DNA of 59,649 nucleotides from a virus (Duplodnaviria; Caudoviricetes): IMG/VR virus record IMGVR_UViG_3300037089_000087, positions 1 to 59,649 of that record; one strand, 5' to 3'. Shown piece by piece: positions 46,500 to 56,293 of this stretch (position 1 is its first letter; each line of letters starts with the position of its first letter). The notes under the pieces were generated by a model. It saw only the letters and a program-made list of their open reading frames with translations, ran no database searches and was not told where the DNA came from. The position numbers and the translations under genes were made by a program.

Positions 46500-48592
46500 T
46501 ACTCCTCCAACAAACAGAGCGTATTAATTCTCTGAACGTTTTTCATAATTCCACCACCGCTGTCGAATTTCGGTGTTTTAATATCTGCCGAGAGTCCACC
46601 GCCAGAATCGAATAAGAGCCATTTACGGTCTTGAGTAAACTCATAAACACCGTCTGATGCAGGCTCCCATGGATACACGCTATCATCGTACCATGCTTCT
46701 AAATTCTGCCATGTTTTATGTGTCTTGAGTCCTGTGATGTGATTCACGGTGACTGGGAAAACATCAAGGCCAACAAGGATATGTTTGGAACTTGCAGAGG
46801 TAAAAATTCTCGTAATATTAACCGAGCCAGCATCAATATTCACCCACGGCTTGTCCTGATAAAAACCTCCCGTGATGATTTGCTGACCGACCAAGGAACC
46901 AGTATACGGCTCACCAAGAACAGTTATCTGATTCTCATGATTCACAGATTGATATGGTTGCTTGACTTTATTAGTATCTAAATAGGTGATTGGATATTTT
47001 GAGCCGTTAACTGAAATCCAAAATGTTGTAACGCTATTAATTGTAGTCTGCCTTACCTGTGCATAGGTATGACCAGACAAAGAACGTAATGTTAAAATGT
47101 TTGGTAGTATCTGAGACGTATAATCAGTAAAAACTGTTTTTCTATATACACATATATCCCATCCCTGTTCGTGGTGTGCTTGGAGAATTCTATAATTTAC
47201 CGGCCTTACATACATCGTGCAACCGCCAACTTCAGGAGCCACAGCAGGAAGTACGGGTGCAATGGTGTCGTTGTAAAGTTTCAGTACTGGTAAAAATCCC
47301 GATTCCTCAATAAGCTTTCCGGCAACGTATAGACCAATGTTCCACGTGTCCATCTCGGTATCTTTTTGACATCGAACATAGGTCATCGAACCATCTTCTA
47401 GTATTGCATATGGCTTCTTGACATCATTTTGGATGGTCGAGAGTCCTGTATTTGTTGTTCTTTGAGTTCCGGAATCGAAGACCTTTCCGGATATATTATC
47501 TCCATCGAGGAAAAAACTTGTGTATCCAACATTGTCCGTGCCTCTATCCAGCTCGATGCCAACTTCCTTTGTATTGTTCTTGGTGTCATATGTTTCTATC
47601 TTCGCTGGCTCCAGCATGTTGTTGCCTAGCGGAAACTCGTAGCCTGCTGGTATACCGCCCTGCGGAACACCGCTTGGAGTATATACCCAATCTAGGCCAC
47701 GAATAATATCTTGTTTTAACCGCATGTCAGAATAAAAATTAGCCATGGTAAGACATGCAGATTTCAATGTTACAGCGGCATAGCTTCGTGGGTTTTGTGA
47801 GGTCTGAACGAATGGCTTGTAATAAATTCTTGTTACGACTGGCACGTTGTCGAACCACTCACCGCTCACATAAGCATTTAACACAAGAACGGTAAGAAAG
47901 CTACCCCACATCTGGACCGCCGTTACAATGCCGTCTTTTACATAACGGCTAATGAATGGCTTGTTTCCTTTATACTTATACGGCGCATAAATCAACGAGT
48001 CATCAAGCTGTAAAAAATTATAAGAATATATTGACAAATCTGGAAGCTGTACGGACTCTGTGATACCTTGCCACATTTCGTCTTCAATAGCATTGTTCAA
48101 AACAAATCTGTAATTCTTTGCTCCTAATTTCATTGTTGCAGGTATGCCATTTCCGCAATCTGGTACGAGAAGGCTACCAGCATCCGTTGATGGATAACCA
48201 TAAGAATTTGTTTCTGGGTCATTGTTACTTACCGTTCCTTCAAATCCGTATTGGCCATCGTCGAGAAGTGTCCAGCCTGCTGGTTTGTCACCCAGATTTT
48301 TTAACTTAATTTCAGTACCATCAAGAGTATAATATTTACGGGTCGTATAGTCTGTCGTGTCAACGCCCGGATTCGAGATTATAAGAAAAGCACCACCGAG
48401 ACCAGTTATGCTTATTAAATCCCATCCATGGTGAGTATTGATATAGACATACGCATCATCGAAGATATATCTTCGAGACCCCATGGGAGCACCGAACAAC
48501 ATCAGGTTCCGCTTCAGATTCCGTAGTTTAGACTTCGCCCATGAGAGATAATTTGTAGCGTTGTCTATATCTCCAAGAAGGCGTATAGCCAT
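46499..48592 (-). CDS. Putative tail protein
   Basis: 697-aa beta-rich ORF in the structural operon. Confidence 0.55.
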   Translation of the reverse strand: MAIRLLGDIDNATNYLSWAKSKLRNLKRNLMLFGAPMGSRRYIFDDAYVYINTHHGWDLISITGLGGAFLIISNPGVDTTDYTTRKYYTLDGTEIKLKNLGDKPAGWTLLDDGQYGFEGTVSNNDPETNSYGYPSTDAGSLLVPDCGNGIPATMKLGAKNYRFVLNNAIEDEMWQGITESVQLPDLSIYSYNFLQLDDSLIYAPYKYKGNKPFISRYVKDGIVTAVQMWGSFLTVLVLNAYVSGEWFDNVPVVTRIYYKPFVQTSQNPRSYAAVTLKSACLTMANFYSDMRLKQDIIRGLDWVYTPSGVPQGGIPAGYEFPLGNNMLEPAKIETYDTKNNTKEVGIELDRGTDNVGYTSFFLDGDNISGKVFDSGTQRTTNTGLSTIQNDVKKPYAILEDGSMTYVRCQKDTEMDTWNIGLYVAGKLIEESGFLPVLKLYNDTIAPVLPAVAPEVGGCTMYVRPVNYRILQAHHEQGWDICVYRKTVFTDYTSQILPNILTLRSLSGHTYAQVRQTTINSVTTFWISVNGSKYPITYLDTNKVKQPYQSVNHENQITVLGEPYTGSLVGQQIITGGFYQDKPWVNIDAGSVNITRIFTSASSKHILVGLDVFPVTVNHITGLKTHKTWQNLEAWYDDSVYPWEPASDGVYEFTQDRKWLLFDSGGGLSADIKTPKFDSGGGIMKNVQRINTLCLLEE

Positions 48593-48593
48593 G

Positions 48594-49367
48594 TTATGAC
48601 TTCGGAATAGTTAAAACGCAGGTGTCAACGGTGGAAGTTACGCCAGATACCATGTTCAGACTTGACAGGGCAATCATGTCCGAGTTCGCGGTATTGATGG
48701 CGAAATCCAACCTCATGAAGCTTGTGCTCGTACTGTCATCGTCAAAACCGCTGGATAGATTGGCCTTGAAACGACCCCATCCGGCAAGACCAGCCTGAAG
48801 TCCCGTTCCCTGCCACGCACCAGCTTCTTTCGACAATGCGCCGACAGCCACACCGCCGAACTGGATACCTGTTCCACGGGCAGACGAAACAGTGGTAAGG
48901 CTCATTGTTCCACTTCCTGAAGTCGCGCTTGTATCGCCAACAAGAGCACCAGGAATATTCTCCACAACGACAATCTGGCTTACCCCATCGTCATACGCCG
49001 ATACCACAGAAGACGCGTTAATCTTGGCTGCAAGTGCTTTCGCAATAGTTGCAAGCGTGTCTGCAAGAACCGCCGTATAAGTGTATGGTGTGCTTCCATC
49101 GCCAGGCGTATACGCATATACCTTGCTGGTATATGGACCAGAACCGCCAATGATAAGAACATCCTTCTTGGCCGTAGATGCGGTGGGAGCGGAAGAGCCA
49201 GCACCACCCTGATAGGATATTCTACACAGAAGCAATGCGCCTGACGCACTATCACTATCAGTTGGTTGAGTACCTGAGTATACGTCTATGCAGCCGTCAC
49301 ACAAAGCCTTTTTGAGCGAACCACCACCCGCAAGATAATTTACTAAACCTGTACTAAGTCGTATCAT
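48594..49367 (-). CDS. Virion structural protein
   Basis: MIRLSTGL..IDVYSGTQP..AGWGRF..RLD pattern with a central insertion. Confidence 0.65.
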   Translation of the reverse strand: MIRLSTGLVNYLAGGGSLKKALCDGCIDVYSGTQPTDSDSASGALLLCRISYQGGAGSSAPTASTAKKDVLIIGGSGPYTSKVYAYTPGDGSTPYTYTAVLADTLATIAKALAAKINASSVVSAYDDGVSQIVVVENIPGALVGDTSATSGSGTMSLTTVSSARGTGIQFGGVAVGALSKEAGAWQGTGLQAGLAGWGRFKANLSSGFDDDSTSTSFMRLDFAINTANSDMIALSSLNMVSGVTSTVDTCVLTIPKS

Positions 49368-49394
49368 GGTAATGCCCTCCTGAAATGTTTTAAA

Positions 49395-50354
49395 CTAATA
49401 ACGAACTGTTGCGACATAACGGTTAAGACCGTCTGTCCTCATAATGACACCTGTTCCGGTTCTTACACCGTTCAGGCTGATAGATGGTTCGTACTTCCTG
49501 TCTGTCAAGTTCTTGAACGCGCCTCCAACACCACCCAAACAAATACCCTTCGTTGATAAAAAGAATATCGGTTCATCCGGCATTCCGTTTGGACCAACCC
49601 TGTCTCCAGCGGCATAACGGTCTGTACGCGGTATGGCATCGTAGTCTGCCTTCTCTGTCGTTTTCATGTCAGCTTTTGGATTGGTTCCATTTAAGAACCA
49701 TATCTTTCCGTTAGCCATCCAGATTCCGTTCGTTACTGTTCTGAATAATGTAACGGTTCCATTCAAAGGCATAAAATTATGTATGAGGTCGAACTGTGAC
49801 GGCCTATGTCCATCGGAATAGAAAACCTTGTCTCCTCGTACTACCCAAAGCCTTCCGTGTCCGTAATCAATGAGATTTCCGGGCATAGGTCGTACTTTAT
49901 AAAAGTCTATCGGGTCGGTGTATGTATCGTAATACGCACCATCCTTGATGAATCCGATTGTCTCTTCATTCGTACACCATATCCGTCCGTCACCATCACA
50001 GAAGTTCATGGGCTTGCTCGCACTAAAACCAGTGGCAATGGTCGATGATGTCTCGTCCTTGTTCAATCTTTTCAATGAGCCGTTGTCCATATACAGGCAA
50101 ATTGTTCTTGTCTTGTTTGACCATATGCTGTTTTTGGTTGCACCCGATGCGACAAGCGTTTGTCCTGTTCGTAACGATAATTCTCCGTCCCTGCTAACAT
50201 CTAGGTTCATTGCTATCTGAAGATGTTGTGGACCAATGTTTACAGGAGAGTCCACATTATTGATGCCGAGGAAGTCTCTGAACTTTACAATCGGAGCGTC
50301 ATTCAGGTCTCTACGGTTGGCTGAAACAGCTTTTGGTTTTGATTGTTTCGGCAT
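49395..50354 (-). CDS. Tail tubular/stabilisation protein-like
   Basis: FLGINNV..AMNLDV..LSLRTG N-terminus; GRLWV..VFYS beta-propeller-like segment. Confidence 0.65.
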   Translation of the reverse strand: MPKQSKPKAVSANRRDLNDAPIVKFRDFLGINNVDSPVNIGPQHLQIAMNLDVSRDGELSLRTGQTLVASGATKNSIWSNKTRTICLYMDNGSLKRLNKDETSSTIATGFSASKPMNFCDGDGRIWCTNEETIGFIKDGAYYDTYTDPIDFYKVRPMPGNLIDYGHGRLWVVRGDKVFYSDGHRPSQFDLIHNFMPLNGTVTLFRTVTNGIWMANGKIWFLNGTNPKADMKTTEKADYDAIPRTDRYAAGDRVGPNGMPDEPIFFLSTKGICLGGVGGAFKNLTDRKYEPSISLNGVRTGTGVIMRTDGLNRYVATVRY

Positions 50355-50707
50355 TACCAGACTCCGTTACAAATCCATTCTTCGAGGCGGTGTAAGACAT
50401 CTTGCGATGTGTGTCCGTCAAATCGTGCTGCCACTTTTTTTGTTTCAATTCCATCGAGCAGTATCCAGTATTGCTCATGGATATGATAGGAAATATCCCC
50501 AGTAGGTAGCCGCATTCCTGCAATGAACCAACCTTCATGACATGAGCCGTCTTCGTGCTTCCACGAACGCCATGACATATGAGGATGTGATTTCATTAAG
50601 GCTATATACAGAAGTTGACGATGGTCATACAATTCAGCAAAAGTATGCGAGCCATCACTTACTTTGTCGGTGTCGCACTCCACAACTAACATTCCCATGA
50701 TGCACAA
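50354..50707 (-). CDS. Conserved phage hypothetical protein (WDGH-type)
   Basis: SDGSHTFAELYDHR..GWFIAG..ISYH..FDGHT. Confidence 0.7.
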   Translation of the reverse strand: MCIMGMLVVECDTDKVSDGSHTFAELYDHRQLLYIALMKSHPHMSWRSWKHEDGSCHEGWFIAGMRLPTGDISYHIHEQYWILLDGIETKKVAARFDGHTSQDVLHRLEEWICNGVW

Positions 50708-50712
50708 CCTTT

Positions 50713-51762
50713 CTATAGAAATCCTGCTGGTAGCATATTCATCGGTTGAACCGGATTCTGCCTGATTTTATAATTAATTCTCGTCTGCTCGATGATACGG
50801 GCAAATTCCTGCTCGAACTTTGTAGAACGAGCCGTTGATAAGGTCTCACGGTCATTTTTCAAGAATGCCTGACGCATCGCCCATGGTATAATACCCGTAG
50901 TATATTCATCAGGAATTTCAGGCGTTGCACTTGGATTCGAGAGAGTGAATCGATTATACGGATGACGCACTACATCAAGATAGACCGTATGATACTTTTT
51001 TGGTCTCGGTACCGTGGTGATTTTCTTGTTAATATAATCAGGGATGTACCGTACAGGACGACCCGGCTGCATATGAAACCAGCCCGGATACATATTGTCC
51101 ATGTCAATCTTCGTGATAGGGTCAATCGGCTTGTCTACATGCTCAGGATAAAATCTCGTTATCAGATACGTCTTTTGGTGAATAGGATAATGCGGTTGGC
51201 CAGGGAATAAGAAAATCTTACACATGCACGAACCGCCAGCCAGATTGGTAGAAACGAACGATAAATCTCCAGTCACCACGGCTGTAATGGCAAATCCATT
51301 TGGCGAGAACCCAGTATCCGATGGCGCGGTAATCGTTACAACGGCACCAGTCGCGCTTGCGCTATATGCTATGCCATACACGGTATACTGAAGCCATGAG
51401 GTCAGCACGGAGTTGACGTTACTTCCTGATGCGCTGTAGGCGTTGATGGCTGTGGCAAGGTCGGTTGCGGTCTGGGCGAGAGTCCCATTGAAAGGAACTG
51501 GAGCAGATATGATAGGAACGCCATCGACCAAGACAGAAGTAATCTGACCAGTGGTTCCTGTTATCGTGATGGTTCCATATGCATTGACTTCCGTAAAATC
51601 TTGGTCGGTCTTTAAGAGCTGAAGCTCTTTGTTGATTTCATCCTGACCATCGCTCAAATATTCAACGAGTTCCCAGTTCTGCCAGTTCTTCTGGGAGTCA
51701 GTGCCGAGTTCATCGTCCAGCCTCTTACGGAGAAGTTGCAAGAGATATTCTACTGTAGGCAT
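50713..51762 (-). CDS. Head-to-tail adaptor/tail tubular protein A-like with inserted domain
   Basis: LRKRLDDE..W...ELVEYLSDGQDEI and PEIPDEY..IIPWAMRQAFLKND. Confidence 0.7.
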   Translation of the reverse strand: MPTVEYLLQLLRKRLDDELGTDSQKNWQNWELVEYLSDGQDEINKELQLLKTDQDFTEVNAYGTITITGTTGQITSVLVDGVPIISAPVPFNGTLAQTATDLATAINAYSASGSNVNSVLTSWLQYTVYGIAYSASATGAVVTITAPSDTGFSPNGFAITAVVTGDLSFVSTNLAGGSCMCKIFLFPGQPHYPIHQKTYLITRFYPEHVDKPIDPITKIDMDNMYPGWFHMQPGRPVRYIPDYINKKITTVPRPKKYHTVYLDVVRHPYNRFTLSNPSATPEIPDEYTTGIIPWAMRQAFLKNDRETLSTARSTKFEQEFARIIEQTRINYKIRQNPVQPMNMLPAGFL

Positions 51763-51771
51763 ACAATCTCC

Positions 51772-52068
51772 TTATTTCTTTTCTTGAGTTTTCAGAGAAT
51801 CATCAAGCTTTTGTTTTCTGTTCTGTAAATCACGGTAGTTGTCCTTCACATCCTTCGGCATCTTATCGACAGCTTTATACCTGTCCTCAAGCTTCCACAT
51901 CTGGTTCTGTATCTGGTCGCGCTGGTCGGAATTGATTTTATAATCCAACCTTTGCTCCACCTGCTTCACGCTATCAGCAGACGCATAGCGATTGTCGATA
52001 AAAAAATACGTTCCGAATGCAAAGCTTAACAGAACAACGATGGAGATGATTTTCTCTATCAATTTCAT
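51772..52068 (-). CDS. Membrane-anchored coiled-coil protein
   Basis: N-terminal TM plus coiled coil. Confidence 0.6.
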   Translation of the reverse strand: MKLIEKIISIVVLLSFAFGTYFFIDNRYASADSVKQVEQRLDYKINSDQRDQIQNQMWKLEDRYKAVDKMPKDVKDNYRDLQNRKQKLDDSLKTQEKK

Positions 52069-52451
52069 GGTAACGTCCTTTCTCGATGCTCCCAATGAGG
52101 AAGCGTGTCATTTTTACGAATCTTCTGCCACGGAACTCCGGTCTCTGAATCAACGCCGATGGCACGGTCATCGAAAAATCTGATTAAATCGTGGTCTTTT
52201 CTATCTGTAATATCTAAAACTTGACCGAGATATTTCTTGCACCAATTTTGGATAGGCTTGATACATTCCTTATGTGCGGCACGAGCCGTAAAAATCTTAC
52301 AGCACTTACCTTGTTCAAGGTATCCAAGAAGAATGTTGAAGGCAGAATTCATCTTCTCGATACCGAGAGGCTCTCCAATATCGGTATGTCCTTCCCATCC
52401 TTCGTAACGCGCAATCGAAGAATCTAGGTCGAACCCGTACCATCCTTTCAT
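52065..52451 (-). CDS. HAD-superfamily phosphatase-like protein
   Basis: FDLDSSIA (DxD), IFTAR, FFDDRAI. Confidence 0.75.
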   Translation of the reverse strand: MKGWYGFDLDSSIARYEGWEGHTDIGEPLGIEKMNSAFNILLGYLEQGKCCKIFTARAAHKECIKPIQNWCKKYLGQVLDITDRKDHDLIRFFDDRAIGVDSETGVPWQKIRKNDTLPHWEHRERTLP

Positions 52452-52462
52452 GATTTGCTCCG

Positions 52463-52969
52463 TTATTCTGTTACAGGCGTGGGCTTCCAGTTCGGATTGT
52501 TTTTCATGAACTCTGCAAATGCGACTTCCCGTTCCGGTCCAGTGATGTCCTGAAGTCCGGTCATCCTCATAAGAGCTGCGACAGTTGGGATGTGGGGTTC
52601 TTTCTGGGTCATCTCACTTGAGGTAAGTTTCGGAATTGCAGACATGAGCATACCAAGCCTGTCAGCTTCCGTGATAACTGGCTGTACTGTTGTTTCGCCC
52701 GATATAAGTGGGGAACCAGTTTCAACTGGCTTTTGTTCGGGTGCTGGAGGTGGGCTTTGTGATACGATATCACGTTGGAATGATTGAATCTCTTTTGATT
52801 TTTCCTTTTGCCATTCATTGAGGTCTATCTTGCCACCGGGCGGTACCGGACCATTCCACGGTATGAAACGACCCTTCAGACGTTCCCTGCCTTCAATGTC
52901 TTCCTTCATATACGAAGTTGCGCCTAAAATTCTCCCTGTGTGTAAATCTAAAACGAAGTCTTCCTTCAT
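52463..52969 (-). CDS. Hypothetical protein
   Basis: ATG 52969 with AAAGG RBS. Confidence 0.6.
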   Translation of the reverse strand: MKEDFVLDLHTGRILGATSYMKEDIEGRERLKGRFIPWNGPVPPGGKIDLNEWQKEKSKEIQSFQRDIVSQSPPPAPEQKPVETGSPLISGETTVQPVITEADRLGMLMSAIPKLTSSEMTQKEPHIPTVAALMRMTGLQDITGPEREVAFAEFMKNNPNWKPTPVTE

Positions 52970-53019
52970 GTGTGACCTTCTTTCTGACCCGTTTAGGTCA
53001 TTGATTTTACTGAATGTTG

Positions 53020-53382
53020 TTACGCTTTGATAAAAATATTGACTAATACTGCGGCGTTCGGGTTCGACTGCGAGAAGGCGATATTGACGTTGCACGTCTT
53101 GTCACCACCAGACGATACACAGAACGGCATACCAGCACCGCTCACCCCGCTTGTATAAGGCCAAAACACGGTCTTAGTATTCGCTGCTAACGCCCCAGAA
53201 GCGAACAGAACTGCACCGTTCTCATCGGTAACCGTTATTGCAACAGTACCCGTGACTCCAGCGGGAACAATAACGACAACTTGTCGCACTTCGCCTGTGT
53301 TTGAAATCTGCTCCGAGGCTGTAAGTGTGCCAGCGACAATAGAGCCAATAAACTCAAAATGGTTATAGACGGCGACTGACAT
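53020..53382 (-). CDS. Hypothetical virion protein
   Basis: AAGGGG RBS; beta-rich. Confidence 0.6.
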   Translation of the reverse strand: MSVAVYNHFEFIGSIVAGTLTASEQISNTGEVRQVVVIVPAGVTGTVAITVTDENGAVLFASGALAANTKTVFWPYTSGVSGAGMPFCVSSGGDKTCNVNIAFSQSNPNAAVLVNIFIKA

Positions 53383-53394
53383 AGTGCACCCCTT

Positions 53395-53423
53395 AAAAAA
53401 CATGGCGGGGTTTTATCCCCGCC
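53395..53423 (-). terminator. Rho-independent terminator
   Basis: GGCGGGG-ATAAAA-CCCCGCC followed by ATGTTTTTT. Confidence 0.7.
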
Positions 53424-53444
53424 TGTAGATTTAACTTCTACTGG

Positions 53445-53762
53445 TTATGCGTGAGCACCAGAGGTTCCAGAGACTCCAGAGTATCCAGATGTACCTGTTG
53501 CTCCAGAGTACCCGGATGTTCCGGTCGTGGCGAACGTGCATGATGTCGTGGAACCAGTATTGATTGTCAAGGCTCCCGTTGTGGTGTTTATGCACATACA
53601 GCCCTTAGCGTAACCTTTCTTCGCGCTCGGAACACTCGCAGTTGCGGCTTGTATCAGGAGCGCATTCCCAGAGGAATCTTCGATAAGAACGGATACGCCT
53701 GAGTCTGAGTTGGTCTGACCAACAATCATGACTTTATCAAATGGTAATGACCTTTCGGACAT
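53445..53762 (-). CDS. Putative capsid-associated protein with G-x-S triplet tail
   Basis: GTSGYSGATGTSGYSGVSGTSG; AGGAGG RBS. Confidence 0.6.
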   Translation of the reverse strand: MSERSLPFDKVMIVGQTNSDSGVSVLIEDSSGNALLIQAATASVPSAKKGYAKGCMCINTTTGALTINTGSTTSCTFATTGTSGYSGATGTSGYSGVSGTSGAHA

Positions 53763-53790
53763 AGTAAATACCTCCTACTACAGATTGTTG

Positions 53791-53825
53791 AAAATGCGCG
53801 GGATGGGATTTCTCCAATCCCGCAC
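53791..53825 (-). terminator. Probable terminator hairpin
   Basis: GTGCGGGAT...ATCCCGCGC followed by ATTTT. Confidence 0.5.
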
Positions 53826-53830
53826 AGGCG

Positions 53831-54535
53831 TTAGAAGTTCAAATCGAGAACCATTGCGTAGACAATCACGGTAGCGTTGCTGGTCATCGATACGATATTG
53901 GAAGCCGTGAGGTCGATAGTGCCGTCAACAGGGAACATGATTGGTGAAAACACCGGAACGAACGGGCTATCCGCGCCAGCAAGGATTACAAGGCTGGTGC
54001 CAGACGTTCCGCTATATCCGCTGGTTCCTGAAAGTCCGCTTACCGCACTTCCTGCACCGGAAAGACCGAGACCGGAGACCACAGTTGCGCACATGTCAAG
54101 CGCGGTACCCCATACACTTGTGCTACCCACGTTCGTGGGTGCCGATGTCGTGTTGACACCCAAGTGGTAGCAGCAGGTTGTAGCAACAGCAGGTACGATA
54201 ACTTCTACCCACGCTGTCAAGACCATGGTTCCGGCTGCAATCGGAATCACCTGGTCGATGGAGTTAGTTACGTCAGTTGACGGAAGTGCTACAGCATTGA
54301 TGTTGCCAGACGCTGTGCCTGGGGGCAGAATGGTTGCCGCATCTTGGAAGTAGTTAATGTTCTGACTCTTCACAATGCAGACCTGATTCACGCCCTGAAC
54401 GGGCTTGGCATTGCCGACAATTCTCTGCCCTACGGTGCTTGATGCGCTTGCACTCTGGTAGAGCTTGGTTGTTGCACCAAGCTGGCAGGTCAATTTCTTG
54501 ACCATGAATTCGAGAAATTCAGTAAATTTCTTCAT
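53831..54535 (-). CDS. Putative capsid decoration/minor capsid protein
   Basis: Directly downstream of the major capsid gene; AAGGAG RBS; IPIAAGTMVLTAWVEV; SGTSGYSG repeat. Confidence 0.65.
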   Translation of the reverse strand: MKKFTEFLEFMVKKLTCQLGATTKLYQSASASSTVGQRIVGNAKPVQGVNQVCIVKSQNINYFQDAATILPPGTASGNINAVALPSTDVTNSIDQVIPIAAGTMVLTAWVEVIVPAVATTCCYHLGVNTTSAPTNVGSTSVWGTALDMCATVVSGLGLSGAGSAVSGLSGTSGYSGTSGTSLVILAGADSPFVPVFSPIMFPVDGTIDLTASNIVSMTSNATVIVYAMVLDLNF

Positions 54536-54601
54536 GTTTATATCTCCTTGAAACACCCATATAGTAATGGGCTATTGATTTTGGATTGGTAAACGGCTCA
54601 A

Positions 54602-55393
54602 TTACATCCGGGCATAGAGCACACCAACAGCTTCCGGCTTCACGACCTTCCAGTCGTAAACCTGTAGACCCTTCATGCCTTGCCCGAAGGTCTTCTCGAA
54701 CTTGTCATGGTATTCCATTTCCGTCAACTGCGCGGCGAAGGTTATACCAGTCTTGTGTCCGAACGTGATGTTGTAGCAATACTTCCCTGTGTCGAGCACT
54801 GGTGTATAGAGGTTGGTAACAAACAGGTCGAAATCATGGAGCGTCTTGACGTACCCGCCGTTCAGCATGGGCGACTTGTCCATACCAGTTACGGAGACAT
54901 CCTTCAGCTCTGAAATCGCCAAGAGGTACTTCATCCATGTCGGTATGGTCATCCAGCGACCCATCCGAGGCCAATTCTGCTCTTCAGCGATGTCGGCACA
55001 GGCTGCGATAAGCTCTGTAACATTCGCCTTATTGATGACAACCGGAGAAGCTGTCGCGCCGAGATTGAACGCTGCGGTTCTCTTACCAGCGGTTGCACCT
55101 TGGTTGACTGACGAAGCATGGAGGTATACATCAGCCCAGAACTTCGTGTCGATGGTCTTTCTCATTTGCTCGGCACCGTCAGCCGCATATTCGTCCATGG
55201 TTTTCTTGTCGGCTAACTGAGCGTAGGTCACCTTGTCCATGCGTACAGCATAGTAGCTGGCACGGTCAATCTTGAGGTCAACACGCCCTTTCTGCATCAA
55301 CTGCCAGTTGATTTCAGAGTTTACCGTGTAGTCCGAGATTTGGACATCCGGCAGGGTGTTGATAACAACGGTGTCGCCCTTCTGCTTGATTTT
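54602..55393 (-). CDS. Major capsid protein, exon 3 (P22-coat/T7-like; spliced product 353 aa)
   Basis: Begins KIKQKGDTVVINTLP right after the intron-2 terminal G; contains LKIDRASYY, GRWMTIP, KGLQVYDWKVVKPEA. Confidence 0.9.
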   Translation of the reverse strand, partial: KIKQKGDTVVINTLPDVQISDYTVNSEINWQLMQKGRVDLKIDRASYYAVRMDKVTYAQLADKKTMDEYAADGAEQMRKTIDTKFWADVYLHASSVNQGATAGKRTAAFNLGATASPVVINKANVTELIAACADIAEEQNWPRMGRWMTIPTWMKYLLAISELKDVSVTGMDKSPMLNGGYVKTLHDFDLFVTNLYTPVLDTGKYCYNITFGHKTGITFAAQLTEMEYHDKFEKTFGQGMKGLQVYDWKVVKPEAVGVLYARM

Positions 55394-55470
55394 CAGTATG
55401 TTATCGTTAGGCTCTTTATCCTAACTTCTCATGCTTTCGTATGAGTCCTGACTATATCTTGTTTTTTCTC

Positions 55471-55499
55471 TTGCAAATCGAACCAAAAGGTGATATAAT
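55471..55499 (+). promoter_or_regulatory. Antisense sigma70-type promoter for the intron HNH (leaderless)
   Basis: TTGCAA-17 nt-TATAAT with TG extended -10, 6 nt to ATG 55506. Confidence 0.75.
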
Positions 55500-55505
55500 G
55501 TGTCC

Positions 55506-56063
55506 ATGGCTAATAAAAAGTTTTTTATCTCAAAAGAGCAATTGGAGTCTGATTACTCCGAAACTCCATCTATGCTCAAGCTGTCTAAAAAATACGGAGT
55601 AAGTAAAAAACTTGTTCTTAACTACATGAACCGTTATGGCATAGCCAGAAAACAACCCGTTGATATTCCACTTGACGAGTTGATAATCATGGCTGAGTTG
55701 AAGTTAAGCGTAGAAGATATTTCCAAAATTTTTGGTGTTAAAAAGCGTAGAGTGCTTTATGTTGCTCAAAAAAACCACTTGAAGCTTTTTGACCCCTATC
55801 ATTCTGGGATTGGTAAAACCGAATCTGGATATCTCCTAGTGCTTCAACCCGAACATCCTGAAGCCGATAGTAGGGGATATGTTAGAATCCATAGAATCGT
55901 TATGGAAAAACATATCGGTAGACGGCTCACATCTCAGGAAGTTGTTCACCACATCAACGGAATTAAGTCTGACAATAGAATAGAAAACCTTGCTTTAATG
56001 TCCGTTGAAGACCACGTTAGGCTTCACCACAGTAAACAAGGTGAAGATAAATGCAAGAATTAA
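55506..56063 (+). CDS. Intron-encoded HNH homing endonuclease (antisense to the intron)
   Basis: GYVRIHRIVMEKHIGRRL..EVVHHINGIKSDNRIENL; N-terminal HTH-like repeats. Confidence 0.9.
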   Translation: MANKKFFISKEQLESDYSETPSMLKLSKKYGVSKKLVLNYMNRYGIARKQPVDIPLDELIIMAELKLSVEDISKIFGVKKRRVLYVAQKNHLKLFDPYHSGIGKTESGYLLVLQPEHPEADSRGYVRIHRIVMEKHIGRRLTSQEVVHHINGIKSDNRIENLALMSVEDHVRLHHSKQGEDKCKN

Positions 56064-56293
56064 AACCGCCCCGTTCGTGAGAATTTTGCCATATCTTGTG
56101 GATGTAGGCTACTTTTCTTAGTCGATGAACCTGCAACCTCTTTCGAGGCTGATTGGCTGCTGATTGTCCATTGTATCATCTCAATTCTTTTTAGCATTCG
56201 CATTTGTTGTTGCCAACTGTGCTGTAGCGTATTGAGCTTTGGGAGTTTCCAGCAATTAAAGGCGTTTAAAGAGAGCAAAATCACTTGTGATTA

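Larger units (their letters stand above)
55394..56293 (-). mobile_element. Group I intron 2 (900 nt) with HNH gene in the P8 loop
   Basis: P AATTGCTGGAAA, Q AATCAGCAG, R GTTCATCGACTA, S AAGATATAGTC; P1 GAGGGT/GCTCTC with U-G pair; P10 GATTTT/AAAATC; terminal G at 55394. Confidence 0.92.

Noticed and set aside
41793-48592. Diversity-generating retroelement acting on tail genes
   Set aside because: No reverse transcriptase recognised and no TR/VR repeat pair noticed by eye.
54602-55300. Stand-alone 232-aa capsid gene or capsid pseudogene
   Set aside because: Explained as part of exon 3 of a spliced gene; the frame is open up to the intron terminal G at 55394.
56060-56284. 74-aa minus-strand ORF
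   Set aside because: Lies within the catalytic core of intron 2 (P/Q/R elements); incidental.
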